A stretch of DNA of 64,000 nucleotides. Source: Prorocentrum cordatum. Its lineage: Eukaryota. The position numbers and the translations under genes were made by a program. The stretch lies in the NCBI GenBank assembly GCA_963575745.1, contig CAUYUJ010000325.1:1-64000 (forward strand). The letters run 5' to 3'. Positions 60,673 to 64,000 of the stretch are shown one piece after another. A model generated the notes under the pieces. That model searched no databases and was not told where the DNA came from. It worked only from the letters and a program-made list of their open reading frames with translations. The number at the start of each line of letters is the position of its first letter. Position 1 is the stretch's first letter.

Positions 60673-61125
60673 ACACCATCATAATCACCATCAATATCCT
60701 CATCATTATCCTCATCCTCATCCTCATATTGCCCATCTTCCTTGTACCCCACCCTTTTGGTGGTGCGAACTGTTCCGTATCAGCATCAGTACCGTCGCCT
60801 TCATCATTGAGATCAGCAACATCGTCTCCATCATCACCATCAATCCCATTATCCATATCGACAACCCCGTACGTTTATACCCACCCCCTCATCAACAAAC
60901 TCGTCATCATCACCGTCCTCATCACCATCATCACCATTACCACCGCGACTTCCACCATTACCGTCACCAACACCATCACCATCACGATCAGCACCAGCAC
61001 CACCGCCACGGCCATCGTCAGACTCGGCATCATAATCAGCATTACCATCAACATCAACACCCCCACCATCATCATCAACACCATCATGTCTATCACCATC
61101 ATCGCTATCACCACCATCCTCCTCA
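59858..61125. repeat. Long degenerate (CAT)n microsatellite
   Basis: Directly visible; source of the poly-I/M/D/H ORFs. Confidence 0.97.
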
Positions 61126-63704
61126 CCCTGCTTCTCCTGCTCCTGCTCCTCCCAGTGGGGCTCGCCCTGCGGGCGGCGACGTGCGGCGGCGGCGCTGGGG
61201 AGGCTCGCCCTGGGGCGCGCATCGGGCCTGAGAAGACGGCTGCGGCGGCGCGAGAGGCTGAGAGATGCGCTGGGCGAGCTACTCCAGCACAGGAATGCGC
61301 CGACCATGTCGGCATGTGTGAGCGGTTTGGCCCTTTGAGTCGTCGTCGTCGTCGCTCCCCTCCCTTGACGCTGTTTCGTTTGTGTCCGGTCCGTCGTCGC
61401 CGTCGTCGTCATCGTCGCCGCCCCTTCAGGGTCGGTGGCACTGGCCGTAAGAACGTCGCAATCATGCTGCGATTTGGGGGTCCCAGACTGGTGTGGTGAC
61501 GCACCGTGTCGCCCGATAAATCCTCGGAGAACGGCCCATGACCCAAAACTGCGCGACGACCCCCAATCATTCCCCTTTGACTCACCACACGGTGTGGTCG
61601 CCGCACCTTTTGGGAACCTCCGAATAATGCCATGATGCGATTGGGTCAGGATGCGCTCCAGAAATTCCGGAGCTTGTGGCGACCATTGGACACTCGTGCT
61701 CGGCCGGATTCGTCTCTGGCCGTTCGGGACAAGAAAAACTGGAAAAATTGGAACGCATCATTATCCTGACCTCTTGCTCATCTGATGCGCCGCCATCCCG
61801 TCCAAGCCAGAATCAAGGGTAGGACGAAAACGATCGTGAATCCCAGGCCGGTCGGCGCGCCATCTTGAGTGCTCACTATGCCCCACCTTCCTCCCTTTGC
61901 CTCTGATCCCCCCCGCCCCTTCCTAGACAAGGACTAGGAGAAGGGAAGTGGCCCACAAGGGTTGAAGAAAATCCTGAAGGCCACGTCGTGCTGACGTCGG
62001 AACATCGCTGCGCGAACGTCAGTTCGAATCTGCCGGGGCGGACGAGTGGACTAGATAATCCACCACCGTGCCTTCTGCCACGTTGAGGCCTGGAAGAATG
62101 CCAAAGTCCGTCTGGTGGGGGTTTTTGGATTCTCATAATGGAACGCCCTTTCTCTGCCTGCAGACTCCTGCGTGCACCGCCCCCCCTTGCCGAGGCAACT
62201 TCCCTCGTGCCCGCTCGAGGATGGTGCACTTCCAGCATGGCAGATAATGCCTAATCCCCCCCCCCCGTCCACGCGTGCCCGCTCGAGAATGGTGCACGCA
62301 CGTCCCGCATGGCAGCTAATGCCTGACCCCTCATTCCATGCGCGCCCGCTCGAAGATTTTGCTCTTCCCGCATGGCTGCTAACTCCTAGATCCCTCAGCC
62401 AACGAACGTCCGCTACAGGATTCTGCGCTTCCCGCGCTCCCAAGCGTTACTTCCGAGCGCCGCAGGGCCTCCCATTCAAACCGACGGATGTGCGACCCGA
62501 GCTTCCAAAGCGGCCCAGCTCGTGCAATAAACCAAGGACACCAACATGGCCACAAGGCGACCGAGTACTGCTTCGAGAAGGCCCAACATGTCTCCAAGAG
62601 GGCTCAAACATGCCTCCAACAGGGCCCGAGGGGCTCAACACACGCTGCCCCTGCATAGAACGAAAGAGCAAACGGAAAACGAAGGAAGGTGCGGGAACAA
62701 AGAGAGGAAATTACATAATAACAACCAAAACCTGATCAGGTGGATGCGAATAGCAGAGTTCGAAGCCGGTAGCATTCAAACCATGTTGTGCCCGCGCCTG
62801 TCCTGGCCGCGTGACCGATGCGAGGGCCCACAGCTCACCAACCGATTGTCTGCTCGCTGCTCGACATGGTGACGCTGGTCATCCCATCTGCGCATGCCAT
62901 GGTGCACGTTCAGCACAGACGGCAGAACATGGGGCGCAGAAAAATGGGCCCCAGAAGCGAACAGTAGAACCCCACCATAAAACCCAATACTACCCCGACG
63001 CAAAGCCACGCCCCAGAGGACACACTTGAGAGCCCCAGGCGCCTTGGAGCTGCGTTGGCGGCTGCGACGAGCAACAGGGCGGGCCGCAGCGCGCCGCCGA
63101 TAATGCGCGCGAGCGGAAGCCCGCGTCGAGGGCGAAGAACTCCCTCCTGCCATCGGCGCCGCACAACAGGTGCCCTTTGCGCCGCTCCGCGGCGCCCCGC
63201 CGGGATCGGACTCGCCGCGCGCGCCGCCGCCCCGCATTGCGCTACTAGACGCCATGCGCCTCGTCGCCGCCGCCGCCCAACTCACTGAATGACGACGCAA
63301 TCTGTCCAGCGCACGCGGCTCGCTGCCATCTGCTCGAAGAGTCTCGGGCCAGCCAGGTCGCAGCGGGCAGCCCGCAGCGCGCGCCACTCGCCCCGCACTT
63401 GGTGAGATTGTCTGATCTCTCGCTCGAGAGCGAGATGGCCCTGATGCTGGCGTCGTTGCCGACGTCGGCGCCGGCGAAACAAGTGGCACGTGTGCCATGG
63501 CTCTTGCACAAAAAGGAAGGGGCAGGAGGAGGATGTGGAGGAGGAGGGGGGGGGAGAGGATGCCAGAAATCGCAGAAGGAGTGAACAACACAGGGCCGCA
63601 AGAGGGGCTCCAGAGGGCGAGCGCGAGGAGACTCCAAGGGCCGTCCCCCGCAAGATGGTTTCAAAGACCTTTGACGGGTTCCCAGGAAGCCTCCAACTGA
63701 CGCC

Positions 63705-64000
63705 CGAGGGCGCTGAGACGGTGTCCGGGAAGGGGCGGGGCAGGGAGGGGCTGCGGTGCCGAAATAAAGTGGGCGGGGCGGAGGGGGCGCTGGGCGAGCG
63801 CTGGAGCCGTGGGGGGCGCTGAGACGTGTGGGGGAGGGGGCGGAGGATGGGGGGGGGTTGTCGGGGCGGAGGGGGCACTGGGCGGGCGCTCGAGCCGCGG
63901 GGGAGCGCTCAGACGGCGCGGGGGAGGCGGCGGGGCGCGGGGGGGGGGGCGGTGCCGAATTAAAGTGGTCGGGGAGGAGGGGGGCACTGGGCGGGCGCTG
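63705..64000. repeat. G-rich ~95-bp tandem repeat running off the window
   Basis: GGGGCGGAGGGGGC(A/G)CTGGGCG(A/G)GCGCT three times; CGGTGCCGAA(A/T)TAAAGTGG twice. Confidence 0.75.

Noticed and set aside
59695..61125. Poly-Ile/Met membrane protein or poly-Asp protein
   Set aside because: Translation of a (CAT)n microsatellite.
62776..63591. 271-aa minus-strand ORF as a gene
   Set aside because: No recognisable motifs; ORFs of this length are expected by chance at this GC content.
1..64000. rRNA, tRNA or dinoflagellate spliced-leader relics
   Set aside because: None recognised by eye; tRNAscan-SE, Infernal and an exact search for CCGTAGCCATTTTGGCTCAAG would be needed to exclude them.

Overview
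Eukaryotic, GC-rich, repeat-saturated genomic DNA, most likely from a dinoflagellate. This is inferred from GC-AG, GA-AG and GT-AG introns with AG|G acceptors, a co-directional gene block, and a DNA-methyltransferase-bearing Copia element. Most ORFs in the track are artefacts of (CCT/GGA)n, (CAT)n, (TAG)n and satellite DNA. Real coding content on the minus strand: (1) a two-exon gene of unknown function with a CxxC..HxxC motif (1342-6635); (2) an ORF split by a Helitron/Helentron-like insertion (11674-13034); (3) a spliced stand-alone cytosine-5 DNA methyltransferase-like gene (15760-17976); (4) an eight-exon, roughly 1,500-aa hAT-like DDE transposase whose internal exon phases I could reconcile by hand (25365-33585); (5) a decayed, 3'-truncated Copia-like element with gag, protease, DNMT and integrase (about 38170-44730). 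On the plus strand there is a decayed LINE with endonuclease, RT and RNase H remnants (about 51890-58560). Non-coding structure includes four copies of a small element with subterminal inverted repeats plus hairpin plus YTAGA end, hairpin-bearing 120-bp and 145-bp satellites, a 147-bp nested foldback just upstream of the transposase, and a 215-bp inverted pair bracketing the DNMT and transposase genes. Best novelty candidate: a very large intron-rich hAT-like transposase lying next to a spliced DNMT and other orphan genes, possibly a giant cargo-carrying DNA transposon. All protein calls are by-eye motif recognition; no searches were run.
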